Positions 13,295 to 24,427 of a stretch of DNA of 64,000 nucleotides are shown in pieces. Every line of letters begins with the position of its first letter. Position 1 is the stretch's first letter. Origin of the DNA: Zancudomyces culisetae HAW-14-8 (Eukaryota > Fungi > Kickxellomycota). The stretch covers positions 1,332,323-1,396,322 of the forward strand of contig JBNJNM010000009.1 of NCBI GenBank assembly GCA_052426225.1, in the 5' to 3' direction. The notes under the pieces were generated by a model. That model had not been told where the DNA came from and searched no databases. It was given only the letters and a program-made list of their open reading frames with translations. The position numbers were made by a program, and so were the translations under genes.

Positions 13295-15877
13295 ATGTTC
13301 CAGGAGGCTTGGATGCGCCTCACAGATCACAAATGGATACTCCAAGTGATCTCAGAAGGGTTCAGAATCCCCTTCAAAACGCATCCACCGACGATCAAGC
13401 AGAAAAAACCGTTCGGTTACAACTTGAAAAAGCTTCCAGAGAAAGTGGTCGAACAGGAGATATCAAACCTCCTGTCAAAGAAAGCAATAGAGGAAGCTTC
13501 ATCCGCGCAGCCAGGGTTCTACTCAAATCCGTTTACAATCCCACAGCGACATTTCAAGATGGAGTCGCTTACAACCATCTCCAGAATGATTCGCAAAGGG
13601 GATTATATGACCAGCATAGGCCTCAGCGATGCTTTTCTACACGTATTGATCAACAAAACGTCCAGGAAGTATCTCAGGTTTACATGGGGCGGTCGCACCT
13701 ACCAGTACAGGGTGCTCCCATTTGGTCTATCTTTAAGCCCACTAGTATTCACAAAAATACTAAAACCAGTACTGAAATGGGCCAGAGCTCGCGTGTTAGG
13801 AACGGCCAATTCCTGGAACATAATTTTTAGTTACATTTTGGCCTACTAAAAATCTAACCTATTTTATTATTTCATTTCCGGTTTTCTAATATGCCATTCC
13901 GACATTGGAATCATGTTTGCAAAATTCACCATGAATTTTCTGATTTTATTATTGGGAAAATTTACTAAGCAAAATCAAGAAATTTTCCAATAATTAAATT
14001 TAACAAAAATCCTTGAAAAAATTGGATAACCAAATCCATGATAAAATTGGATATACAAAATCCATGAGAAATTGATAAACCAAATCAATGTTAAAATCGA
14101 TAAACAAAAACCATGATAAAATCGATAAACAAAAACCATGATAAAATCGATAAACAAAATCAATGTTAAAATTGATAAACAAAATCAATGTTAAAATTGA
14201 TAAACAAAATCAATGTTAAAATTGATAAACCATATCTATGTTAAAATCAACAAATGAAAATTACAAGTTTCACGATAAGTAGATACCTAAAACTAGTTCA
14301 ATTTTACATAGACAAATTTTATAGCTAAGATTTATTGACTTTAAGTTTTTCTTCACAGTAAAATTCTCTGATGAAAAATTATATAAACCCTTCGAAATTC
14401 CGTTGGGATACATCAGAGAAAAATATATATTGATCAACACATCAAATATTATATTTTTCTAAATACTTACTTCTCCCTAAATAAATATTAATCAAGCATA
14501 ACAAATCTCTACTCCAAGTTATAAGCAGCTCATTGTTTATAACATCGCGGGATACGAATGTCGAGCTACTTAGACGATTTGTTAATCTTAGGATCAACAA
14601 AAACAGAGTGTCTGAAGTTCACAAATATGGTTTCCAAGAAACTGGTGAAACTGGGATTCCTGATCAACCAGGAAAAGTCATCAATACATCCCAAACAATG
14701 TATTACGCATCTTGGGATGGACATCAACAGCCGTCAGATGAGTTTCAAGATACCCAAACAGAAACTCAAAGATTTAGCGAGAGAGGCATCCAGGTTGATA
14801 CACAAAGGGTGTACAACACTGAAGGATCTGGCATCATTCATTGGCAAAACGCAGGCAGTGAATATAGCACTCAGACCAGGACGACTGATGAGCAGGAGGT
14901 TGTTAGAGCTCAAAAACAACACTCTGAAACGCACCACGGATTGGAGTTCACAAGTAACACTGAATCAGCCCGCACTGGACAATCTGACGTGGTGGAGGGA
15001 CCATCTGAAGCAATGGAATGGTCTATGCTTATTTCCGGAGATCCCAGAGATAGAAGTATATACGGATGCGAGCGACAATCACTGGGGGATAGTGATAGAC
15101 AGCAATCAGTATACGGGGACATGGACACGACAACAGATGAAGCTCCCTATCAATGCGAAGGAATTATTAGCAATCCAGTATGCAGTGAAGCTGCCGCAGG
15201 TTCAGGGAAAGAGTGTTGTTGTATATTGCGACAACAACACTTCAATCAGCTACATCAAGAAGCATGGGGGAACCAAATCAGTGAATCTGATGGACATTTC
15301 GGAAGCAATTTGGAAACATTGCATCAGCAATGGCACTCGGGTTCAGATTCAGTATGTGCCATCAATACTGAATCCAGCGGATGCACCATCACGTTTAACA
15401 GCTCAAACAGAGTGGTCACTATCAGACAAGATGTTTCAGAAGATACAGAAACAGTTCGGTCCACACGATGTGGACCTGTTTGTCAACAACAACAACCACA
15501 AACTACCAACATTTGTGAGTTGGAAATGGACACCAGAAGCAGCAAAAACGAATGCATTCAATCATCATTGGAGCATTTGGACGAATCCATACCTTTGTTC
15601 ACCATGGAATCTGATACAGAAAACACTACAGAAGATCAGACAGGACAAGGTATCAGCGACATTGATAACACCGTTTTGGAGGTCAGCACCATGGTATCCA
15701 GATCTCAAGAGCATGCTAATAGCTCCACCGATCAAGATATTAGCTCCACAGATAATTCCGGATCCAAAAAGCGGAAAGCAAGTGACACAGATAAACAAAA
15801 CATGGTCGCTTACGGCTTGGAAATTAAGCGCGCACGTCTTGAAAAAACTGGTTAAAAAGATTCAGTTATCACGTTAA
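13295..15877 (+). pseudogene. DIRS1 RT-RNaseH-DNA adenine methyltransferase ORF, split by a solo LTR
   Basis: LPFGLSLSP is present. Removing 13794-14549 restores WARARGIRMSSYLDD. RNaseH motifs YTDAS, INAKELLA and DNNTS; MT-like tail DVDLF...YLCSPWNLI...PFWRSAPWY. Confidence 0.9.
13794..14544. mobile_element. 751-bp solo LTR with an internal ~24-25-bp tandem array
   Basis: TGTTA...TAACA termini; TSD TCGCG at 13789-13793 and 14545-14549; repeats of AAAATCAATGTTAAAATTGATAAAC at about 14020-14250. Confidence 0.88.
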
Positions 15878-18246
15878 TGACAACTGGCAAACGAAATATG
15901 GCAAAACAAAAACAATATTATAACATCAAGGTAAAGTTTATTAAGTGGTTAGAGTCTGCAAAACTTGATATTAATAACGTTTCAGTTGTTGATGTTATCA
16001 ATTTCCTTGATGAACATCGTATTAGTAACAATTTAAAAGTTGGTACTATAAAAAACTACAAGTCTGCTATCATCGATATTAATGCAGAATGGCGAACATT
16101 TAGCAGCGATATTTTGATGATTGATTATTTAAAACAGCTCGATTCAACTTCAGTTCGATCTTTTAACAACCCTAACTACGATATTAATCCGATTATTGAA
16201 CATATTAAAAATTTTGGTTCAAATTTTAAAATGAGCAAGCAAAACTTAACAATTAAATTTTGTAGGTTGCTAGCAATTTGTGGATTTTTAAGACCTTCTG
16301 ACATTGAACGAATAGACGATTCAAAGACGGAAATCAATAAAGATTATGTTAAATTTGTTATTGTTGGACCAAAAGAAAAGCGAAGTGGAAATCCGATTGA
16401 AAAGGTCAGTATAATCCACGCACATAGCGACTATAAATTATGTCCTGTAGTAACATACAGAGCATATAAAAAACGCATTGCAACTTTTCCGAGTGTTGCA
16501 AACCATCCGATCCTCGATGGAGTACAATTGCACTACCTTATCCGCAACTTAAAGTATAACGACAAACACATTGGGGCACAACGAATCAGTAAACACATTA
16601 ATTTATTGATGTCACTCTTGCAGTTGCCAGAATGCGCAAAGTTACCAAAAGCATGAGCATTAGGATCCATCAGAGCTACAAAGCTAGTGTCATGAACTGA
16701 TTCTAGAATGTTCGAAAACGTTCTAGAATCATCGGATTTTATTCCGCAGTAATGTTTAGAATGTTCCCCAACATTCTAGAACATTACCGAAAATTCACAT
16801 TATTTATTAATTTTTATTACGTAATAATTTTCACATGTTTAATTTTAATAGCATTCGAGTTTGAATTTTGTTTGATTACTAATCCAATTTGATTAGTAAT
16901 CAAACACGTTTTTCTTTAGCTTGAATTTTTAGCTATTCCGCAGTTTTCATAGTGATTATGTTCAAAAACCAAGGCTGGAAAAAAGTATAAAAAGGGTACA
17001 AATTTCCTGTCTTGGATTCAGTATCTAGTATCTTGTATACATTCATACAATAAACTTTAATAATAATAAATATAACTTTCCAGACTCCAGATCTTGACAC
17101 TATACTAGATCAAAATATTATATGTATTATTTTCTGAAACCAGCCTAAGTATTTTAACCATGGAACCGTTTAGCCCAGAACAAGTTGAATTCCTCAACAA
17201 AGCCGCCGTGACCCTGCCAGCAGTTGAAGAAGCCCTCCAGCAACTACTAATAAGAGTAGAAAAAGCCGAGTCTGCCATCAAGGAACACCCTGCCACAGTA
17301 TCCAAGAAAATTTATGACAAGGTCAAAGCAGACACTACCAAGTCCATCCAGACCATTCTTGACTCCATGAACAACCTCCAGTCCGATATCCAGAATTCAG
17401 ACCAGCTAACCCAAAGCGCCATACAGGCCAACCAGTTGGAAATCCAATCCCTTCAGGACCAGCTCAGTACCCTCAGGAACGAAGTCATACTTTATATAAC
17501 TGAAAACCGTGCCACCAAAGTTGCTAGTACTTCTGAACCTAGTATCAAAGTAAGACACCCAGACACATTTTCAGGAAAACCCTCCGCCTGTTCCAACTTC
17601 TTTTCACAGCTTGCTCTCGTCTTTGCCGCTTCACCCGATAAATTCAACACAGACTCAAGTAAAGTCTTGTATGCCATCTCCTACCTCTCAGGCACACCAT
17701 TCAGTTACATGGAACCTTACCTCATGAAAGCAAACCTTCCAGAGTCTGACCGTCCTGCCATCCTCTCCAACTACAATCTGTTTAAAGAAACTATCACTCG
17801 TGTCATGATTTATCATGCCATTTGTAATTAAATACACGTGTTGTATTTAATTACTAAATTGCTGCGCAATTTTGTCAAAAATCATTTTGGGAAATTTAAT
17901 TTTGTTGATTGCGCAGTAGATTAGGTAATTTAGAAACGTGTTAAAATTACGACATTTTGCTGCGCAATTACACGTTTTACATTACTAATCAATTGATTAT
18001 TAATCATTCTAGAATTCTAACATTCTAGAATTTTCTAAATAGTTATAACAATGTTTTTCATAGTTTTTTAGTAGTTTTGGAAAAGTATATATAGCCATAG
18101 ATTTTATTGAAAGAGAACTTCAGCAATAAAATATCTTCACAAGATATATACTACTTTAAATAACTAAATAATATAAAATAAAATAATACTTAGTTGTCAG
18201 GTCCTGACATTATTTTATTGCTACTTCAACTACCTATTATTTTACC

Positions 18247-19140
18247 ATGAATGACGAACAGTTAAACCAGTTAACTGCCGAACTCCAAGCTCTCAGAGAA
18301 GAGAATGCCAGGTTACAAGCGTTGCAAGCCGCAACCCAAGATCAGCCAGTACCTACCGCCTTGCCAGTCCAAGCCCCAGCCCAAGCTCCCGCTCAGTTTC
18401 CAGCCCATGTCCCATCAGCCAGAATTGCCTTGCCAGAGAGGTACGATGGAGACCGAAGTCAGTTCAGAGGTTTCACGAATCAATGCCGTCTTCTATTCTT
18501 TACTCATCCTGACCACTACCCGTCCCAAACCAATAAGGTAGGGTTGATCATGTCTCTTCTTACTGGAAACGCACTAAGATGGGCAAGCCCTTATATTGAG
18601 AAGGGTAGCCCAGTGCTCCAAGATTATGAACTCTTTATGAAGGAGTTCTCAAAGGTGTTCGATGACCCACAACGAACACAGACCGCAAACGACGCCATCC
18701 GTGCGCTCCGCCAAGGTTCTACAACAGTATCAATGTACTCTTCTGAGTCCAGAAGACTCATGATGGACCTAGACTGGCGCGAGTCCGCTCTCGTATCCCA
18801 GTTCGCAGAAGGTCTCAACGAAAACATTTTGGATACCCTTGCCTTGTTCCAGACACCTTCAGACCTAGAAGGGTATATCAATGCAGCCATCACAGTTGAC
18901 AGCAGACTCACCAGACGGAAGGAAGAGAAAGCCAGGAGACGCAGAGGAATCCAACCATCAATATCAACCACCACGCAAACCACAGAACCCATGCAAGTAG
19001 ACAGTGTTCATCGCACTGTATCCCAGCCTGAACTTGACCGTAGAATGAAACTTGGACTTTGCTTCTACTGTGGTGGTGAAAAGCACCAAGCCCAAAATTG
19101 CCCAGAAAAATCCAAGAAGCCCAAGCCGGAAAACCAATAG
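18247..19140 (+). CDS. Chromovirus B gag
   Basis: LPERYDG motif, retrotransposon gag domain, CCHC knuckle CFYCGGEKHQAQNCP. Confidence 0.93.
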   Translation: MNDEQLNQLTAELQALREENARLQALQAATQDQPVPTALPVQAPAQAPAQFPAHVPSARIALPERYDGDRSQFRGFTNQCRLLFFTHPDHYPSQTNKVGLIMSLLTGNALRWASPYIEKGSPVLQDYELFMKEFSKVFDDPQRTQTANDAIRALRQGSTTVSMYSSESRRLMMDLDWRESALVSQFAEGLNENILDTLALFQTPSDLEGYINAAITVDSRLTRRKEEKARRRRGIQPSISTTTQTTEPMQVDSVHRTVSQPELDRRMKLGLCFYCGGEKHQAQNCPEKSKKPKPENQ

Positions 19141-22100
19141 GTTCAGGTTCAGAACGGAAGCAAACCCTGAACCTACAAGATGCTTCCACAGTTTCCATGA
19201 AGTCCGAACCCATGTCTATGACAGTTCCAAAACAAAGTCCTAACCCCGTCCTTAACCATTCACACCGTTTTATGATTCCTGTCACAGTCCACATGCCAAG
19301 CAAGCTCAGCTTTAAGATCATGGCCATGATCGATTCAGGTGCTTCAGGAATGTTTATCAACAAGAAAATTGTAGACTCAAAGCATATTCGTACCCAAGCC
19401 AAGAAAGACCCAGTCTCAGTTGAGTTCATAGATGGTAGTCCGTTGACCGAAGGCCCAATTACCCATCACACCAAGCCACTCAAGATTCAGATTCAAAGTA
19501 ACCACTGTGAACTAGCTGTATTCGACGTTATGACTTGTTATCATGCTGATATGATTTTGGGTCTCCCGTGGCTAGAACTTCATGACCCTGCTATTAATTG
19601 GAAAACCCGTTCCATATTGTTTGACAAAGACTACTGTAACAAGAATTGTTTTAAACTTCTAAAGAATACTTTCAAAAAAAGATGTACTAAACAACGTAAG
19701 CGACAGTTCAATTATGAGACCGGACCTATAGTCGGAACACCACCAGGGCTACAATCATATCAACCAATGGGTTTACCTATAGTAAACAGTAGTCAAAGAA
19801 ACCACAGCCAAACTAAAGTCCAAGATAACCACAGCCAAGAAAACCACAGCCATGCAATTAAAACCCATAGCCAAGAAAACCACAGCCAAACTAAAGTCCA
19901 AGATAACCACAGCCAAGAAAACCACAGCCATGCAATTATAACCCATAACCAAGAAAACCACAGCCAAGAAAACCACAGCCAAGAAAACAATAGTCAAGGA
20001 ATCAATAGTCAAGGAATCAATAGTCAAGGAAACCACAGCAAACCACAAGTCCAAGAAGACCACAGCCGAGCTAACAACAATCAAGAAACCAAAGTCCAAG
20101 ATTTCCACTGCCAAGGTACCCAAACTCAAAGCCAAGAAACCCAAATCCATGATGAACAGGAGCCTCACCAAGTAGACATCCTCAATGATTCCCACTTTGA
20201 TCCTACTGATACTTTTGAGTTAGAATCTATCTTAGATGCTAACTACCTTTCTGACTCCTCGTCTTGTTCAGAAATGAGTATGGAAACGCAATCCTCCACA
20301 TCCGATAGTTCCAGTGCCTCTGAATACCTAGACCTACCAATGGATGAGGCTCCACCCATTCCACCAATCCCACTCATGATTAGACCAATGACCCCACCAC
20401 CTGCAGACCCAGTGGAACCAATCAGAAAACGCCCAAGTAACATCATACTGAACGAGCCGTACCCCACCAAGAAAAAGAAACTTACAGTATCACACATGAT
20501 TGGTCTCATCAGCCAAGCCAAGCCTAGTCTACCAACGACCGAAGAAGTTACCATTCCTGCCAAATACCATGATCTCCGCCAAGCCTTTGATAAACAAATG
20601 GCTGACACCTTACCACCTCACAGAGAATACGATTGCCCCATAGACCTGGTTCCTGATGCTAAGCTACCGTATGGCCCTATCTACCCTCTGGCTCCCAAAG
20701 AAAGGAAAGTCCTCAAAGAGTATATCGATGAAAATCTAGCCAAGGGGTTTATTGTTAAATCCAAGTCTCCTGCTGCCGCACCCGTCTTTTTCACGGGTAA
20801 GAAAGATGGTTCACTAAGACTCGTCGTTGACTACAGAGAGCTCAACAAGGTCGTCATACGCAACCGGTATCCATTACCGTTGATGACTGAGCTGCTAGAA
20901 AGAGTACAGCAATCCAAGATCTTCACCAAACTCGATCTTCGTGGTGCATACAACCTCGTGCGTATTCGTAAAGGTGACGAGGAAAAAACTGCTTTCCGCA
21001 CACAGTATGGCCACTTTGAGTATAGAGTAATGCCATTTGGGCTTGCAAATGCCCCTGCAACGTTCCAGTCTTTTGTCAATGATATCTTCAGAGACATACT
21101 TGATTTGTATGTTGTCATATATCTGGATGACATTCTCATATTCTCCGCAAGTCCTGAAGAGCATACACTTCATGTCCGATCTGTACTTGAACGCCTAATA
21201 AAAAACAAACTCTATGCCAAACTAGAAAAATGTGAGTTTGACAAGGATAGAGTGGATTTTCTGGGATATGTCATCACGCCTGCCGGATTATCCATGGACC
21301 CCTCACGTATCGCCGCAATCAAAGACTGGGCCACACCACAATCTGTAAAGGACATTCAAGTATTCCTAGGCTTTGTCAACTTTTATCGCCGATTCATTGA
21401 TAACCACTCCAAGATAGTACAACCAATTACTTCACTGTTAAAGAAAAATGCCCAGTTTATCTGGGGCTCCGCTCAACAGTCAGCATTTGAAGAGCTAAAA
21501 GCCAAATGTACCTCCTCACCAGTTCTTGCGCACCCGGACCCCAACAAACAGTTCATACTGGAGTGTGATGCTTCAAACTATGCTCTCGGTGCTGTTCTGT
21601 CTCAGAAGCACGATGGTGTCACACATCCAGTAGCCTTCTATTCCAGAACCCTTAACCCTGCGGAACAGAACTATCACATCTATGATAAGGAGCTGCTCGC
21701 AATTAAATGCGCTCTTGAACAATGGAGACATCATTTGGAAGGTGCCTCACATCCTGTCCTTTTAATCACAGACCACAAAAACTTGGAATATTTTCGCTCA
21801 GCCAAAATACTTAACCAGAGACAAGCCAGGTGGGCACTTTTCCTAACCAGATTCGACATTGAATTGACTTACCGGCCAGGAACTCAGAACGGAAAGGCCG
21901 ATGCTCTATCCCGAAAAGATGAGCATAAGAGGGGGGTAGATAATCTTGATCCCCGTCCCATTTGGCAGCCTAAGATTATCGTTGGTTCAATAGATACTAG
22001 CCAGTCCAGCGATCTCATGTCAATGATACTATCCATGACCAAGACCAGTAACGAAGCCCAAGCCCTGATAACCAAGTCCAAGTTACCGTCCTCAAAGCTC

Positions 22101-23455
22101 ACAGTCACAGATGGCCTAGTCAGATACAAGGGCCTAGTCTATGTTCCAGAACCACTTAGACTCCAAATCCTTGAAATGTGCCATGATTCACTGCTTGCTG
22201 GCCATTTCGGTAGAAGCAAGACACACAGCCTTATATCCCGTAATTATTGGTGGCCAGGAATTCGAACCACTATTCAGGAATACATCGACTCCTGTGAAAC
22301 GTGTAACCGCATCAAACATGTCACAACCAAGCCATCTGAAATGCTCATGCCATTAAACACCCCCAATCGTCCTTGGGAAGCTGTTTCTATGGATTTCATA
22401 GTGGAGTTACCTCGTTCTGAAGGTAATACTGTAGTCTTGGTGGTAGTGGACCGCTTAACCAAGATGGCCCACTTTATTCCGCTCAAGAGTACTCCGTCCG
22501 CTACAGAAACAGCCACAAAGTTTATGGAGTACGTTTTCAAGCTACACGGTATGCCACAAAGCATTGTTTCTGACCGTGGACCCCAGTTTGTTTCTAAGTT
22601 CTGGAGAGAACTAACTCGACTCCTAAAGATTGACTTGCACATGTCTACCGCATACCATCCACAGTCTGATGGTCAGACAGAACGAGTCAACCAGATACTC
22701 GAGCAGTATCTGCGTTGTTTCGTCAATTATCAACAAGACAATTGGGTCCAGCTTCTCCCCATGGCCGAGTTTGCATATAACAATGCGACTCATGCATCTA
22801 CCAAAGCCAGTCCCTTCTACGCTAACTATGGTTATGACCCTCAACTAACCATTGACCTAACCTCTGACTCCAAAGTACCTAGTGCGCTAGAATTTGCTAC
22901 TCATCTGAAAAACATTCAAGACCAACTCAAGTTACATCTAGAAACTGCCAAGAGTAACTATAAACGTTTTGCTGACAAAAAACGATCAGATACCCAAGAC
23001 TTCAAGCCAGGCTCCAAAGTATGGCTTTCTCAAGCCAATATCAAGACCATGCGACCATCGCACAAGTTAGACTTCAAATACATTGGTCCATTTGAAATTA
23101 TTGAGATGGTCAATCCTGTAACTGCTAAACTCAAGCTACCTGACAATATGAAAATTCATCCCGTCTTCCACGTGTCCCTGCTTAAACCACATAAACAGAC
23201 ATCATATTCTAACCGTACCCAACCACCCCACCTCCTATCATAGTAGACAATCAAGAAGAATACGAAGTATCTTCTATCCTGGACTCCAAGTTTGTTAAAA
23301 GGAAATTAAAGTATCTGATTGATTGGAAAGGATACAGTCCTGAAGATCGGACATGGGAATATGCTGAAGACGTTCATGCACCTGACCTCGTTGCCAAGTT
23401 CCATGCCAGATATCCAGAAAAGCCAGGACCGCGTGCCAGCATTAGAGAGGGATGA
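19128..23455 (+). CDS. Chromovirus B pol (PR-RT-RH-IN), with chromodomain 23237-23455 in the -1 frame
   Basis: IDSGA protease, YLDD, RNaseH CDAS, HHCC and DDE integrase. The ORF stops at 23243; YEVSSILDSK...YLIDWKGY follows in another frame. Confidence 0.93.
19795..20150 (+). repeat. Coding minisatellite (QENHS)n in the PR-RT spacer of element B
   Basis: Repeated CAAGAAAACCACAGC units with a higher-order duplication. Confidence 0.85.
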
Positions 23456-24427
23456 TGTCATGATTTATCATGCCATTTGTAATTAAATACACGTGTTGTA
23501 TTTAATTACTAAATTGCTGCGCAATTTTGTCAAAAATCATTTTGGGAAATTTAATTTTGTTGATTGCGCAGTAGATTAGGTAATTTAGAAACGTGTTAAA
23601 ATTACGACATTTTGCTGCGCAATTACACGTTTTACATTACTAATCAATTGATTATTAATCATTCTAGAATTCTAACATTCTAGAATTTTCTAAATAGTTA
23701 TAACAATGTTTTTCATAGTTTTTTAGTAGTTTTGGAAAAGTATATATAGCCATAGATTTTATTGAAAGAGAACTTCAGCAATAAAATATCTTCACAAGAT
23801 ATATACTACTTTAAATAACTAAATAATATAAAATAAAATAATACTTAGTTGTCAGGTCCTGACAACTCGTGCCTTTGGTGATCCCAACCCTATTGAGAAT
23901 GCTGATAGGGCAATCCGCCAACTCCGCCAAACCACTTCCGTTGCCGCATATGCCACCGAGTTTAGACGCCTACAGATGTTAATTGACTGGAACCAACCAC
24001 CTTTGATCTCACAGTTTCTATCCGGTCTCAAGTACAACGTATCCCAGGAACTCAACCGTAGAGAACAAATAGAAGACATCGATACCCTGATCTCTACAGC
24101 CATCCAGATCGACAACCGCCTCTTCAGCCATCCACAACGTCGTCAACCTCCAGTTAACCCCACTGCAACTATGCCACCCAAACCCACTGCTTACAACCCG
24201 TTTGCTTCACCTGTTTCTGCACCATCTACCACTCCACCAGCTAATAGTGATGGACCGCAACCAATGGATCTCAGTACCGCTTCATCGACTAGAAGACCAC
24301 CACTTACTCCTGCTCAAAGAGCATACCGTATCGAAAACAACCTCTGTCTCTATTGTGGCGGTAATGACCATTTCAACATCAACTGTCCAAAGAAACGCCA
24401 CAACATGTCCAGCATTACACCAACACA

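Larger units (their letters stand above)
17801..23864 (+). mobile_element. Ty3/gypsy chromovirus B, full length and very young
   Basis: 409-bp LTRs at 17801-18209 and 23456-23864 look identical; TSD ACTCG at 17796-17800 and 23865-23869; PPT AGAGAGGGA. Confidence 0.97.

Noticed and set aside
14020-14250. CRISPR-like appearance of the ~25-bp repeats
   Set aside because: Head-to-tail tandem units without unique spacers, inside a solo LTR in a eukaryote.
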